Under the pieces are notes generated by a model. It did no database searches, was not told the origin of the DNA, and saw nothing but the letters and a program-made list of their open reading frames with translations. A stretch of 64,000 nt of DNA from Sulfurimonas sp. (GTDB taxonomy: Bacteria; Campylobacterota; Campylobacteria; Campylobacterales; Sulfurimonadaceae), in contig JAABQD010000010.1 of the NCBI GenBank assembly GCA_011391635.1, positions 3,059 through 67,058 on the forward strand, in the 5' to 3' direction. How positions within the stretch are numbered: the first letter of the stretch is position 1; each line of letters begins with the position of its first letter. The position numbers and the translations under genes were made by a program. Of this stretch, positions 40,550-51,446 are shown in pieces.

Positions 40550-41167
40550 ATGCATTTTCTAAGAACCGAGATACCTGATGTCATCATCATCGAGCCAAAG
40601 GTACATGGAGATGCAAGAGGCTATTTCGTCGAAACTTTTAGAGCAGATAAACTTGAAGCTTTTTTGGGTTATAAAATCAACTTTTGCCAAGACAACGAAT
40701 CTAAGTCAAGTAGAGGAGTTTTACGAGGTCTGCATTACCAACTTCCTCCTGATGCACAAACGAAACTTGTTCGTGTCATTCAAGGCAGAGTTTTAGATGT
40801 TGCAGTAGATATTCGTAAAAGGAGTCCAACTTTTGGAAAACATGTAGCAGTTGAACTGAGTGGTGAGAACAAACGACAACTTTTTGTCCCAAGAGGTTTT
40901 GCTCATGGCTTTGTCGTGCTTGAGGATGATACGGTTTTTGCCTATAAAGTGGATAACTATTATAGTCCTGAAAATGACAGAGGAATAGCTTTTGATGATG
41001 TGGCTTTAAACATTGATTGGCAAGTTCCACATGCCGAGTTAAACTTATCTGCAAAAGACAAGGTTCAGCCAAAACTAGAGCAAGTGCTTTCACAAAGTGA
41101 AAAGTTTCCTAGAAAATTGAATGAGACAAATGACTTATTTGAGTATGGAATGGATTACTATGCTTAA
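40550..41167 (+). CDS. rfbC: dTDP-4-dehydrorhamnose 3,5-epimerase
   Basis: QDNESKS, LRGLHYQ, GFAHGF. Confidence 0.96.
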   Translation: MHFLRTEIPDVIIIEPKVHGDARGYFVETFRADKLEAFLGYKINFCQDNESKSSRGVLRGLHYQLPPDAQTKLVRVIQGRVLDVAVDIRKRSPTFGKHVAVELSGENKRQLFVPRGFAHGFVVLEDDTVFAYKVDNYYSPENDRGIAFDDVALNIDWQVPHAELNLSAKDKVQPKLEQVLSQSEKFPRKLNETNDLFEYGMDYYA

Positions 41168-42038
41168 TGTTTTAGTGACTGGAAGTAATGGGCAACTAGG
41201 TTCTGAGATAAAAGAGTTGGCATGTGGAAATGAAACTTTTGAAAATAAAACTTTTTTCTTCACAGACAGAGCTACTCTCGATATCTCAAATCCAAAGACA
41301 ATAAATGAATTTATAAATGCAAACAGTATCGACACAATTATCAATTGTGCAGCTTACACAGCGGTGGACAAAGCAGAGTCCGATGCAGAAATGGCTGATA
41401 CAATAAATCATCTAGCACTCAAATATTTAGCTGAAATTTCAAAAGAAAAAAATATAAAACTTATTCATATCTCGACTGATTATGTTTTTGACGGCAAAAA
41501 CCACATGCCATACACCGAAAATGACCAAACCAATCCACAATCAGTGTATGGACGAACGAAACTTGATGGCGAAAAAGCCATGCAAGAGGTGAATCCACAC
41601 AACTCACTCATCATCCGAACTTCATGGGTTTACTCCTCGTATGGAGCAAACTTTGTAAAAACAATGCTTCGTTTAGGCAAAGAAAAAGAGTCTTTAGGCG
41701 TAATTTACGACCAAGTCGGAACACCTACTTATGCGAGAGATTTGGCACAAGCTATTTTGGATATTTTGCCAAAAATCAAAAATGAAAGAGTAGAAATCTA
41801 TAACTATTCAAACGAAGGTGTTCTCAGCTGGTATGATTTTGCAAAAGAGATTATGCGTATGAGTAAATCCACATGCCAGATTAATCCAATTGAGACAAAA
41901 GAGTATCCGACTCCTGCCAAAAGACCTAATTACAGTTTGCTCAACAAAGCTAAAATAAAACGAGAATACAACCTAAATATACCTTATTGGAAAGATAGCT
42001 TAGATGATTGTTTAAAGAAAATGGGAGAGAGAAGATAA
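41160..42038 (+). CDS. rfbD: dTDP-4-dehydrorhamnose reductase (start likely 41160)
   Basis: GSNGQLG, NCAAYTAVD, HISTDYVF, YGRTK. Confidence 0.95.
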   Translation: MLNVLVTGSNGQLGSEIKELACGNETFENKTFFFTDRATLDISNPKTINEFINANSIDTIINCAAYTAVDKAESDAEMADTINHLALKYLAEISKEKNIKLIHISTDYVFDGKNHMPYTENDQTNPQSVYGRTKLDGEKAMQEVNPHNSLIIRTSWVYSSYGANFVKTMLRLGKEKESLGVIYDQVGTPTYARDLAQAILDILPKIKNERVEIYNYSNEGVLSWYDFAKEIMRMSKSTCQINPIETKEYPTPAKRPNYSLLNKAKIKREYNLNIPYWKDSLDDCLKKMGERR

Positions 42039-43063
42039 TGCAAAACATACTTTTAACAGGAACAGCAGGTTTTATAGGCTCAAATTTCGTGCCCTATTTT
42101 TTAGAAAAATATCCGCAATACAGACTTATCAATCTTGATTTGCTCACGTACGCAGGAGATCTAAAAAACCTTCAAGAGTGTGAAGGCAACCCAAGATATA
42201 AGTTTATCAAAGGCGATATTTGCAACCGTGAACTCGTAGAATTTCTTTTTAATGAATATAACATTCAAGGCGTAATACACTTTGCAGCAGAGAGCCATGT
42301 GGATAACTCCATCAAAAACCCTGGTGTTTTTGTGCAGACAAATGTCAATGGAACATTCACACTCATAGATGTTGCCTATAAACATTGGATGGAAAAGCCT
42401 TTTGTTTATAAAGAAAGTCACAAAAATTGTAGATTTCACCACATAAGTACCGACGAAGTGTATGGAACACTTGGGGAGACAGGTCTGTTCACAGAATCCA
42501 CTCCTTACGCACCAAACTCTCCTTACTCAGCATCCAAAGCCTCAAGCGATATGATTGTACGAGCCTATCAAGAGACATATGGACTGAACACCGTTATCAC
42601 AAACTGCTCCAACAATTATGGACCAAAACAACACGATGAGAAGCTCATTCCGACTATTATCAGAAAAGCATTAGCTGGTGAAAGTATCCCGATTTATGGC
42701 GATGGCAAAAACATAAGAGATTGGCTTTTCGTTCTTGACCACTGTAAAGGAATAGATTTAGTTTATCATACAGGCAAAGAGGGAAATGTTTACAATATTG
42801 GAGGACGCAATGAGAGAACGAATCTGCAAATAGTAGATAGAATTTGTACTTTATTGGATGAGAAAGTTCCACATGCCAACAAAAGTTACAAAGAGCTAAT
42901 TACTTTTGTGCAAGACCGTGCTGGACATGACAGACGCTACGCCATAGACGCAACAAAACTCGAAAATGAACTTGGCTGGATAGCGGATGAGAATTTTGAT
43001 AGTGGAATTGTGAAAACTATTGAATGGTATTTAAAAAAATATTCAAATGAGAAAATCTCATGA
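42038..43063 (+). CDS. rfbB: dTDP-glucose 4,6-dehydratase (start likely 42038)
   Basis: HFAAESHVD, HISTDEVYG, SPYSASKA, DRAGHDRRYAID. Confidence 0.96.
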   Translation: MQNILLTGTAGFIGSNFVPYFLEKYPQYRLINLDLLTYAGDLKNLQECEGNPRYKFIKGDICNRELVEFLFNEYNIQGVIHFAAESHVDNSIKNPGVFVQTNVNGTFTLIDVAYKHWMEKPFVYKESHKNCRFHHISTDEVYGTLGETGLFTESTPYAPNSPYSASKASSDMIVRAYQETYGLNTVITNCSNNYGPKQHDEKLIPTIIRKALAGESIPIYGDGKNIRDWLFVLDHCKGIDLVYHTGKEGNVYNIGGRNERTNLQIVDRICTLLDEKVPHANKSYKELITFVQDRAGHDRRYAIDATKLENELGWIADENFDSGIVKTIEWYLKKYSNEKIS

Positions 43064-44139
43064 ATCCAAAACAGCCTACAGCTTTGATTTGCCTCTCTCA
43101 TCACATAGGTGGTATGGAGTTAGCAGCCACAAAACTGGCAAATAATCTCTCCAACGCAATACCTTTGACTTACATCATAAAAGAGAATACTTTTATCCAT
43201 GAACAGTGTAAATCTAACCCTGATTACGAAAAACTAGAGTACGAAACCATCCGTTTTAGCACAACTTTGATGAGTCCTTCTCTTATTTTTTCGGTTCGAA
43301 GAATTATCCAAGAAAAAAATATCAAGAATGTTATTTTTGTTGGTGCTTCGGAGATGAAATCACTCTATTTTGCTTTTTTAGGTTTAGATATAAATCTCAT
43401 TGTACGCCATGGCACCATCAAATCACGCCCGAAAAAAGATTGGTTTCACACCCTTGTTTACTCAAGTGTCACTACACATGTAGCGATTTCCAAATACATG
43501 TCCACCAATGTCAAAAAAATCATACCTTTTGGCAAAGATACAAAACTCAAAGTTATTGTTCCCTCTTTGGCAAAAAGTATCTCTGCTATCGAACCAACAA
43601 CATCCGACACACTCAGACTGCTACACGCTGGACGCGTTACTTCAGGGAAGGGAATAGACAAAGCTATCTTGGCATGTGGAATTTTATATGAACATCAAGT
43701 AGCATTTACACTAGATAATTTTGGTCCTGCGGATTTGAAGTATGCACATAAACTTGAAGAGTTGCTAAGCTCTATTGAATACAAAGAGAATATCCATATC
43801 AACGGGTTTACAAACACTATTTATGATGAATACCCAAAACATGATATTTTTATTTTTCCAACACCAGATGAAGGGTATGGAAATGTAATGATGGAAGCGA
43901 TATCACACGGCATTATCGTCTTGGCTTTTGATAACACTGCTATCTCAAACTTTGGTGAAATGGGCTTTCATATCCATTTAGTAGAGGATAAAAATCTCGA
44001 TGCACTCAAAGAAAAATTACTCTTTATCGCAAAAAATCTTGAGCAAGAAAAAGCACTCGCTCGTCAAAATATAGAAAAAGCAAAAATCATTTTTGCTCCA
44101 CAAAGAGAGACAAACGACTATTTAGAGCTACTCATTTAA
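43060..44139 (+). CDS. GT4 glycosyltransferase
   Basis: IGGMEL, HAGRVTSGKG, EGYGNVMMEA. Confidence 0.85.
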   Translation: MNPKQPTALICLSHHIGGMELAATKLANNLSNAIPLTYIIKENTFIHEQCKSNPDYEKLEYETIRFSTTLMSPSLIFSVRRIIQEKNIKNVIFVGASEMKSLYFAFLGLDINLIVRHGTIKSRPKKDWFHTLVYSSVTTHVAISKYMSTNVKKIIPFGKDTKLKVIVPSLAKSISAIEPTTSDTLRLLHAGRVTSGKGIDKAILACGILYEHQVAFTLDNFGPADLKYAHKLEELLSSIEYKENIHINGFTNTIYDEYPKHDIFIFPTPDEGYGNVMMEAISHGIIVLAFDNTAISNFGEMGFHIHLVEDKNLDALKEKLLFIAKNLEQEKALARQNIEKAKIIFAPQRETNDYLELLI

Positions 44140-44140
44140 C

Positions 44141-45481
44141 TTAAATCAATTGATTTAAAAAGCTCGTCAGAGAGAAAAAAGCACCCAGTGCGATAATTTG
44201 CAAAGTTTGCTTTTTCTCATCAAATTCAATTCTCTCTATCGTTCTTCGCTCTCTTTGAATCATTGTAATACTAAGCATTACAGCCAAAAGTGGTAAAAAA
44301 AATCTAAGATTAAATTGCGTCATTGTTATACCAATACCAACTGCCAATACAACAAATATCTGAATAAATCGTAAATCTTTCTCCTCTTGTTTATAGCGAA
44401 ATACCTGATAAAAGATATTCAAAAAGATAAATAAACCAACAAAACCTAATTTGACAAGTGTACTTAAATATTGATTATGCTCATGAGGTTGTGCATGAAT
44501 TCCTGTCCACATTTTTGGTGTGATTTTATGAATCTCGTTCATCGAATCACCTGTTCCTACACCAACAATAGGATGTTCTTTAATAACTTCAAATGCATAA
44601 TAATAAAAACCTGCTCGAATGCCAAGAGAGGTACTAAAATCAGGCTCGTCACTCAATAATTTTTCTATACTACTTTTTGTTTCACTCACTTTGGATTGAA
44701 AAATTGTACTACTATTGTAGGCGACACTCACAACTAAAATGAGGGCTAAAACTCCAGCTATAGCATATTTTTTGAGATAAAATAGAGCTAAAAAAAGAAT
44801 CAAAGTTATAAAAGTCACATACCCCGTTCTTCCACCAGTTACAAAAATATTTGCCATGGCAGTAACAACAAAAGCACTCATCAAAAGTTTGACCCAAAGT
44901 GTCTCTTTACTAAAAACCACTCTATATCCAAGTAAAACAACCAAAAAAGAGAGAGCCACTCCATAATGTATATGGTGCAAGAATGGCGATGGATCACCAA
45001 TAGCATATGCTGTATAAAAAAGGATATCCCCTATTTCAAGCTTCCAAGGCATGATACCAAAGAGCATTCCATAGGATGTAAGTTCACTCACCAACATGCC
45101 AAGGATAAAAGCTGTGATGACTTTATCTATATAACGACCATCCACAATAGCGTAAAAAAGAATAAGGTAGAGACCATATTTGACATTCTTAAGAGAATCA
45201 AACCCAGTCCTTAGGTCTTCACTCCACAAAAGCCCTACAACATAAATAAGAAAAAAGTATAAAAATGCTCGAACGACTCTATTTTGCAAAGAATTTTTGA
45301 TATGGTGTATCACATCTCCACGCACGAGAAAAAGGAGAGCCATAGTCGCAAATACTGTTGCTTTGATGGTTTGTGAAATGGGAAGCAAAAAAGCATAAAG
45401 CACTAAAAGATTATTCATCCATAGAGTGAGCAAATCTTTATTGTTTTTATATGCCTCGATGCTTCTCATCCATCTATTCAT
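44141..45481 (-). CDS. waaL: O-antigen ligase family protein
   Basis: Multi-TM; TGGRTGY, HPIVGVGTG, HEHNQYL. Confidence 0.82.
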   Translation of the reverse strand: MNRWMRSIEAYKNNKDLLTLWMNNLLVLYAFLLPISQTIKATVFATMALLFLVRGDVIHHIKNSLQNRVVRAFLYFFLIYVVGLLWSEDLRTGFDSLKNVKYGLYLILFYAIVDGRYIDKVITAFILGMLVSELTSYGMLFGIMPWKLEIGDILFYTAYAIGDPSPFLHHIHYGVALSFLVVLLGYRVVFSKETLWVKLLMSAFVVTAMANIFVTGGRTGYVTFITLILFLALFYLKKYAIAGVLALILVVSVAYNSSTIFQSKVSETKSSIEKLLSDEPDFSTSLGIRAGFYYYAFEVIKEHPIVGVGTGDSMNEIHKITPKMWTGIHAQPHEHNQYLSTLVKLGFVGLFIFLNIFYQVFRYKQEEKDLRFIQIFVVLAVGIGITMTQFNLRFFLPLLAVMLSITMIQRERRTIERIEFDEKKQTLQIIALGAFFSLTSFLNQLI

Positions 45482-46299
45482 TGATGCTGTGCCAATCCTT
45501 GTTCGCTAATATATTTTTTCTCTTCTTTATTTTTATTAAATTTTGCCCACTGTTCTGACGAAGTTGGATTGTTCTGTTTTTTGTGATAAAGATGAAAGGT
45601 ATTTGCCACATTTTTACAAGAGTGCAAACTCAGCCCATAGGCTCTAAATCTCCAATCCAAATCCATATCATCAGGTAATGATGAAGCCCCATAACTCTCA
45701 TCAAAACCATTGATAGCAATCATATCCTCTCTAAAACAGGAGAAATTACACCCAATAAGGCTTGTATTTCTTTTTCTCTTTGCCATAAATTTTTTATACA
45801 AAAGTGAGTGAGGATTCAGATGTACACCCTGTTCAAACCTTGCATTTCTATCAAACATCAACCCCATTCCAAGCAAAAAATAGAATTTTTCTAGCATAAA
45901 AGGCGACAAAGTTCCAGCTCGAAATTTTTTTGTCAATTTGCTATCTAAATTGACTCTTCTTCCAGCCAGAACACGACCTCTTTGTGCAAGTGCCACATGC
46001 CCCTCTACAAAAGTCGAGTATGGAATAATATCTCCATCCAAAAATATAAGATACTCTCCACAGCTTTTTAAAATTCCATTATTTTGAGACCTCGACTTAC
46101 GAACACCATTATCCTCTTGAGCGGTGTGTTTGACATCCAAACCTTCAATAGAAGCAATATAATTTTTCATCTCTTGAGCATTATTATCCTCTGCTACAAT
46201 CACTTCAAAATTTTTATATGTTTGCGTCTTGAGTGCATTCATTATTAAATTCAGTGACTCAATATCTTTATATACTGCGATTATAATGCTTACTTTCAT
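45478..46299 (-). CDS. GT2 glycosyltransferase
   Basis: EVIVAED, FLDGDII, GCNFS, INGFDE. Confidence 0.87.
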   Translation of the reverse strand: MKVSIIIAVYKDIESLNLIMNALKTQTYKNFEVIVAEDNNAQEMKNYIASIEGLDVKHTAQEDNGVRKSRSQNNGILKSCGEYLIFLDGDIIPYSTFVEGHVALAQRGRVLAGRRVNLDSKLTKKFRAGTLSPFMLEKFYFLLGMGLMFDRNARFEQGVHLNPHSLLYKKFMAKRKRNTSLIGCNFSCFREDMIAINGFDESYGASSLPDDMDLDWRFRAYGLSLHSCKNVANTFHLYHKKQNNPTSSEQWAKFNKNKEEKKYISEQGLAQHQ

Positions 46300-47399
46300 A
46301 CAAACTCTTTGAATATTTTTGCCAGTTCAAGAAACTGCTTTTCATTTGAAAACATCTCTTCACACTTCTTTTGTCCAGCTTTTGCGATTTCTTCTTTAAG
46401 CAATGGGTTTTTCATCAACTTTTCAATTCCACATGCCAAGCTTTCAAAGTTTTGAGATTCGAACAATAATCCTGTCTTTTCATCATCGATTATCTCGACA
46501 ACACCACCACTATTTGCACCTATAACCGCAGTGCCGACCTGCATCGCTTCGATAAGAACCAGACCAAAAGTCTCTCTTTTTGAAGCCAAAACCACGGCGT
46601 CACAAATCTGATAAAAATGGTGCGGATTTTTCATAAAACCTAAAAAGTGAACCTGCTTTGCAACACCCAAATCTGCTGCCAATTTTTGAAGTGCATCGAT
46701 GTACCCTTTTTCCATCTCATGCCCCACAAAATAGGCGTAAACATTTTTACTCTCGATTTGTGCAAGTGCCTTTATGAGTAGATGTTGTCCTTTGGCTTCA
46801 TTAATACGACCGACCATTCCAAGGTTAAAGTTCTCATTTGAAAAATTCAAGCTCTTTTTCAAACTATTTACCTCTTCATCATCGAGCATTTGCGGTTTAT
46901 CCGAACCCATGTAAAGCACTTTAATTTTTGGACGAATATCCGCAGGTATGAATTTCTCCAACTGCTCTTTTACCTGATGCGTTACAGGTAACATTAAGTC
47001 GATATTTTTATACATCAGCCTATGATAAAAGTCATTTTTAAATCGTGTCATTGTCATATTTCGCGTTTGCACAATTTTGGGTTTTGCTTTAGAAAACATT
47101 TTTGCCAAAACCACAAAAGGAATATCTTTTGTCCAATGCATGTGAATTATTTCCACATGCCAAGTGTCTATAATTTTTGCCAACTCTCTGGCTGCACTCA
47201 ACATAAAAAGGTTACTCTTTTTTTTAATTTTTATATATTTGTGATTTTCATCATAATACTGCTCTAACTTTGAATTTTCATTTATAATGCTAATAACATG
47301 AAACTCCTCTTTTAAAGCCTTCGCAGCTCGCATCATATAAAGTTCAAGACCACCCAAATCAGGCGACATACAGAGTTCTAAAATAGTTTTTTTACTCAT
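46296..47399 (-). CDS. GT4 glycosyltransferase
   Basis: GGLELY, VGRINEAKGQ, ETFGLVLIEA. Confidence 0.88.
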   Translation of the reverse strand: MSKKTILELCMSPDLGGLELYMMRAAKALKEEFHVISIINENSKLEQYYDENHKYIKIKKKSNLFMLSAARELAKIIDTWHVEIIHMHWTKDIPFVVLAKMFSKAKPKIVQTRNMTMTRFKNDFYHRLMYKNIDLMLPVTHQVKEQLEKFIPADIRPKIKVLYMGSDKPQMLDDEEVNSLKKSLNFSNENFNLGMVGRINEAKGQHLLIKALAQIESKNVYAYFVGHEMEKGYIDALQKLAADLGVAKQVHFLGFMKNPHHFYQICDAVVLASKRETFGLVLIEAMQVGTAVIGANSGGVVEIIDDEKTGLLFESQNFESLACGIEKLMKNPLLKEEIAKAGQKKCEEMFSNEKQFLELAKIFKEFV

Positions 47400-48132
47400 T
47401 TTCTTGCATCTCCAATATCAAAGCATATTTCATGTACGAACTAAAAGCGGAAATAACCGCCACATTCCAGCCATTGATTCCATGAAACGCCCCGCCTTTT
47501 AGAATCAAAGCCTTAAATAATGCCCCGATGCCATGTAAAAATGGGTCAAAACTCGAAGCCTTTTTCCCCTCGGCATGTGCAATTTTTGCACCTCTTGTTA
47601 TAAACTTATGACTCGTTTGTATCATCTCGCCATAATCCGCATACGAGTAGTGTAACATGTCCGCTTCAAGTGCTTGAACATTGCTCGTATCGACTCTGGC
47701 ATGTCCACCCGCAGTTGTGAATCCACATGCCGAACTTCTATAGAGTCTCGTCACACGGTCTGGATACCATAGTTTGATAAAAGCCTTGCCGACATAAGTT
47801 TTTCTGGCAAACGAAAAAGCATCATACGGCGTATGCTCCAAATCAAGCTTTTGAATAGCTTCGATTGCGTTAGAATCCAGCCTCTCATCGGCGTCAATGC
47901 TGAGTATCCAAACATTCTTAGCATGTGCAACTCCAAAAGCTTTTTGCATTCCATCACCAAGATAGGCTTGTTTGACGACCTTCGCACCCAAGGACTCAGC
48001 AATCTCACAAGTTCTATCAGTGCTAAGTGAATCGATAACAAGAACCTCATCGCACACTTCTTGCACAGATTTTATTGCGGCTTCAATGTTTTTTTCTTCA
48101 TTTAAAGTTATAATATTCGCTGTTATTTTCAT
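47392..48132 (-). CDS. GT2 glycosyltransferase (KdtX/WaaE-like)
   Basis: IITLNEE, IDSLSTDRT, SIDADE. Confidence 0.85.
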   Translation of the reverse strand: MKITANIITLNEEKNIEAAIKSVQEVCDEVLVIDSLSTDRTCEIAESLGAKVVKQAYLGDGMQKAFGVAHAKNVWILSIDADERLDSNAIEAIQKLDLEHTPYDAFSFARKTYVGKAFIKLWYPDRVTRLYRSSACGFTTAGGHARVDTSNVQALEADMLHYSYADYGEMIQTSHKFITRGAKIAHAEGKKASSFDPFLHGIGALFKALILKGGAFHGINGWNVAVISAFSSYMKYALILEMQENE

Positions 48133-48182
48133 AAACTTATTTTACCACAGTAAACTTTTGATAAAATTTTAGAAAAAGGGTC

Positions 48183-49493
48183 TTGATGCTATATTTTTTA
48201 TTTTTATTGGTTTTGATTTTTTCTGCTTATCTCCTCTTTTTGTTCAAAAGAGTAAATAAATACAGATACGATACAGGGCATGACTATATCTACAACCTCG
48301 AAAAAAATCTCATAGCTCAAACCAAAATAGAAAAAAATAGTATTGTTTTGCATAAAAGTTATAAAAATTATGATTCACTTTTTCTCAAAATCAGACTCTC
48401 ACTCAACCCTCTCTCCTATTTTTGTAAACCATACATAGAGATAGAAAATGTAAAACACTATTTTGAATATGGAGCAAGTGGTGTACGATATCTTAATATC
48501 TCTCACATCAAAAGCCATATAGTACGCTTAGAGATGCATTATGCTTCTCTTGGCAGTGATGAAGCAACTGTTTATGGCTACAAAAATGATATCAATCTTA
48601 CCAACAAAATACTTATTCTCGCTCCACATGCCGATGATGCCGAGATTGCAGCTTTTGGACTCTACAAAAAAGCAAGTGATGTGACCATTGCCGTCACAAC
48701 GGCTGGAGAGTATGGAGCATGTAACTATTGTGATATTTATGATAATGACAAGACCAAACAATCCCTCAAAAAAGCAGAACTGAGAATATTTGATGCTTTA
48801 TGTGTCCCGCTTCTTGGAAATGTTACGATTGAAAACTCTTTTACTTTAGGTTATTTTGATTTAAGCCTCAAATGGATGCATGACCACAAGGGAGAGAGTG
48901 CTTCTTCCCTTATCCAAGGTATCGATGATATTAATAAATTCAGAAAAGTATCTCATGCAAAAGTGCAACTGCCACATCTTGCCAAACCTGTTTATAGTTC
49001 TTTTTTAGAAGATTTAATAAGCATTATAACTCAGACCAAACCAGCCATTATTCTCACGCCACACCCAACAATTGACAGACACTCTGACCATAAATACACA
49101 ACACTCGCTCTTATAGATGCACTCAAAGCAACAAACCATTCATGCAAACTTCTGCTCTATACAAACCACTTAAAGCTCAGCGAAACATACCCGATAGGCG
49201 AAATCAACTCCTCTATCACACTGCCACCTAATAAAGAGGATTTTTACTTTGATTCTATCTACTCATCAGAGCTTGATTACAATCTTCAAGTGGATAAGTT
49301 TTTTGCCCTAGAAGCGATGCATGATTTGAGAGATTCACTCATCTTTATCTCCATCAAACAGTCGATAAAACACCTTAACAAAATGATAAAAAGAAAGTTT
49401 TTTGGAAAAGATAAAAGCTACTACAAAAGAGCTACAAGAGCGAATGAACTCTTTTTTGTCGTAGAGAGTGAGAATATAGATAAATTACTGTAG
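48183..49493 (+). CDS. PIG-L/LmbE-family de-N-acetylase with N-terminal membrane anchor
   Basis: LAPHADDAE, TTAGE, HPTIDRHSDH. Confidence 0.75.
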   Translation: MMLYFLFLLVLIFSAYLLFLFKRVNKYRYDTGHDYIYNLEKNLIAQTKIEKNSIVLHKSYKNYDSLFLKIRLSLNPLSYFCKPYIEIENVKHYFEYGASGVRYLNISHIKSHIVRLEMHYASLGSDEATVYGYKNDINLTNKILILAPHADDAEIAAFGLYKKASDVTIAVTTAGEYGACNYCDIYDNDKTKQSLKKAELRIFDALCVPLLGNVTIENSFTLGYFDLSLKWMHDHKGESASSLIQGIDDINKFRKVSHAKVQLPHLAKPVYSSFLEDLISIITQTKPAIILTPHPTIDRHSDHKYTTLALIDALKATNHSCKLLLYTNHLKLSETYPIGEINSSITLPPNKEDFYFDSIYSSELDYNLQVDKFFALEAMHDLRDSLIFISIKQSIKHLNKMIKRKFFGKDKSYYKRATRANELFFVVESENIDKLL

Positions 49494-50633
49494 ATAGAAC
49501 TCTTTATATCGCTTGACTATCGATTCTGGTAAAAAGGGTTTTGTGTATCTCTCAAAATCCCATACACTCTCTTGATTCAAAATTTCTACCATCTTTTGAG
49601 CAAATGCTTCGATATTAAAATCAACCATATATTCCTCTAAATCAGATACCATAATATCTTTGATACCGCCTTTTGATTTTGTTGCAATTACTTTGGTATG
49701 ACATGCCAAAGCCTCAACCAAAACCATACCAAAACCTTCCGCTTTGGAAGTCGAAGTCAAAAGTGAAGCACCCTCAATCCAAGGATAGGGATTTTCCAAA
49801 AGACCCAAAAGCGTGACATGTGAAGCTAACTCTAATTGAATAATTTTTGTACGAATATTTTCCATATCATGTCCATTTCCAACCAATACTAAAGGAAGAG
49901 TAAGATGTAAATATTCTCTTGCATATTTGTAAGAATCAAGTAAAAAGGAGATATTTTTGTTGGGTGTAATTCTGCCAACACTCACGATATATGGCTCACT
50001 CATTTTAGGTTGATACTCAGTTGCTTTTTTGCGAATGAGAGCAACATCTAAAGGATTATGGACAACTTCTACTGATTTTGCATCTACTTTACTCTCTTGC
50101 AAAACCTCTAAAATTCTCTCTTTGACTCCGCTTGAGACGCCAGCTAAATTTTTTCCCTTATAGACACATCTGATATATAACTTATCCAGCCATGAGCTAT
50201 GGCGTATAAAAACACTCTCTACCATTTGAACAACTCTCGCATCTTTATAAGCCCAAATAAGTTCAAATGTTCCATGCCCACGCATAATGATTAAATCAAA
50301 CTTTCCATACTCTTTTTCAAGCTGTGTCAATTTATATTTGAAGATAGGAGTGAGCAATAAACCACTATAGAGAAAATAACTATTTCTAAAAATTGCATTC
50401 AAAAGCTTCGCAAAAACTCCAAGCAATGCTCCAATGAGCGTCCTTTTTAATATTTTATCGAGATTAAAATGGTGCAAATGCACAGTCGCCTTAGGTGTAA
50501 AAACTCTCCCTTTATCTTTGAAATATATCAGATGTGACTCATCTCCAGCATCTGCAAAAGCTTCAGACAAATTGACCGCAACTCTCTCCATCCCACCTAT
50601 TTTTAGGCTTCTTACTACAACTGCAACTCTCAT
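49485..50633 (-). CDS. GT4 glycosyltransferase
   Basis: IGGMERV, VGRITPNKN, EGFGMVLVEA. Confidence 0.87.
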   Translation of the reverse strand: MRVAVVVRSLKIGGMERVAVNLSEAFADAGDESHLIYFKDKGRVFTPKATVHLHHFNLDKILKRTLIGALLGVFAKLLNAIFRNSYFLYSGLLLTPIFKYKLTQLEKEYGKFDLIIMRGHGTFELIWAYKDARVVQMVESVFIRHSSWLDKLYIRCVYKGKNLAGVSSGVKERILEVLQESKVDAKSVEVVHNPLDVALIRKKATEYQPKMSEPYIVSVGRITPNKNISFLLDSYKYAREYLHLTLPLVLVGNGHDMENIRTKIIQLELASHVTLLGLLENPYPWIEGASLLTSTSKAEGFGMVLVEALACHTKVIATKSKGGIKDIMVSDLEEYMVDFNIEAFAQKMVEILNQESVWDFERYTKPFLPESIVKRYKEFYLQ

Positions 50634-50690
50634 AATTCCCTCTCATATCAAAAATGGTATAATAGCACATCCAACATAAAGAGGGCAATT

Positions 50691-51446
50691 TTGTCATATA
50701 TCCTTACACTAAACCCTAAATATCAAGATTTTGAGCCGTATCTTATTGGAATTCAAGAGATTTTTAAAAGCTCCCATGAAAGTATCCACAAAGCGAGAAA
50801 TGAACTTAAAATTATTGAACTAAATGGTCTGAAATGTGTTGTTAAATCTTTTAAAGTTCCACATGCCATCAATCGAATAGCCTACTCTTTTTTTCGCCCT
50901 TCAAAAGCAAAAAAATCCTATCTCAATGGTATGAAACTCCTTGAACTTGGCATCACTACGCCTGAGCCAATTGGTGTTATAGAATTTTTCAGTGGAGGGC
51001 TTCTAAGAGAGAGCTACTTTATCTCAATCTATGAACCCTACGATTTCACTATACGAGAAGTTTTTCACCACAAAGTGAGTACCTATCAAGATATTCTCAG
51101 AGAGTTCGCAAAGTTCACTTTTGCTCTTCATCAAAAAGGTGTCTGGCATGTGGATTATTCACTTGGAAATATTTTAGTAACTGTACTAGAAGATAGCTAC
51201 AGATTTTCACTCGTAGATATTAACAGAATGAAATTCAAAACCATTCACCCACTTGAGGGTCTCACAAATTTTAATAAATTTTGGGCAAAAGATGAAAATG
51301 ATTTGATTATTTTAGCCGTTGAGTATGCAAAAATGGCAAACATAGATACACAAAAAGCTATTGAAATTTTGGTCAATGAGGCGAAGTTTTTGGAGGCAAA
51401 AGTGAAATTAAAAAGAAAAGTTAAAGCCCAAACAAAGCACTTTTAA
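50691..51446 (+). CDS. LPS kinase (Kdo/WaaP family)
   Basis: VVKSF, WHVDYSLGNIL, LVDIN. Confidence 0.75.
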   Translation: MSYILTLNPKYQDFEPYLIGIQEIFKSSHESIHKARNELKIIELNGLKCVVKSFKVPHAINRIAYSFFRPSKAKKSYLNGMKLLELGITTPEPIGVIEFFSGGLLRESYFISIYEPYDFTIREVFHHKVSTYQDILREFAKFTFALHQKGVWHVDYSLGNILVTVLEDSYRFSLVDINRMKFKTIHPLEGLTNFNKFWAKDENDLIILAVEYAKMANIDTQKAIEILVNEAKFLEAKVKLKRKVKAQTKHF

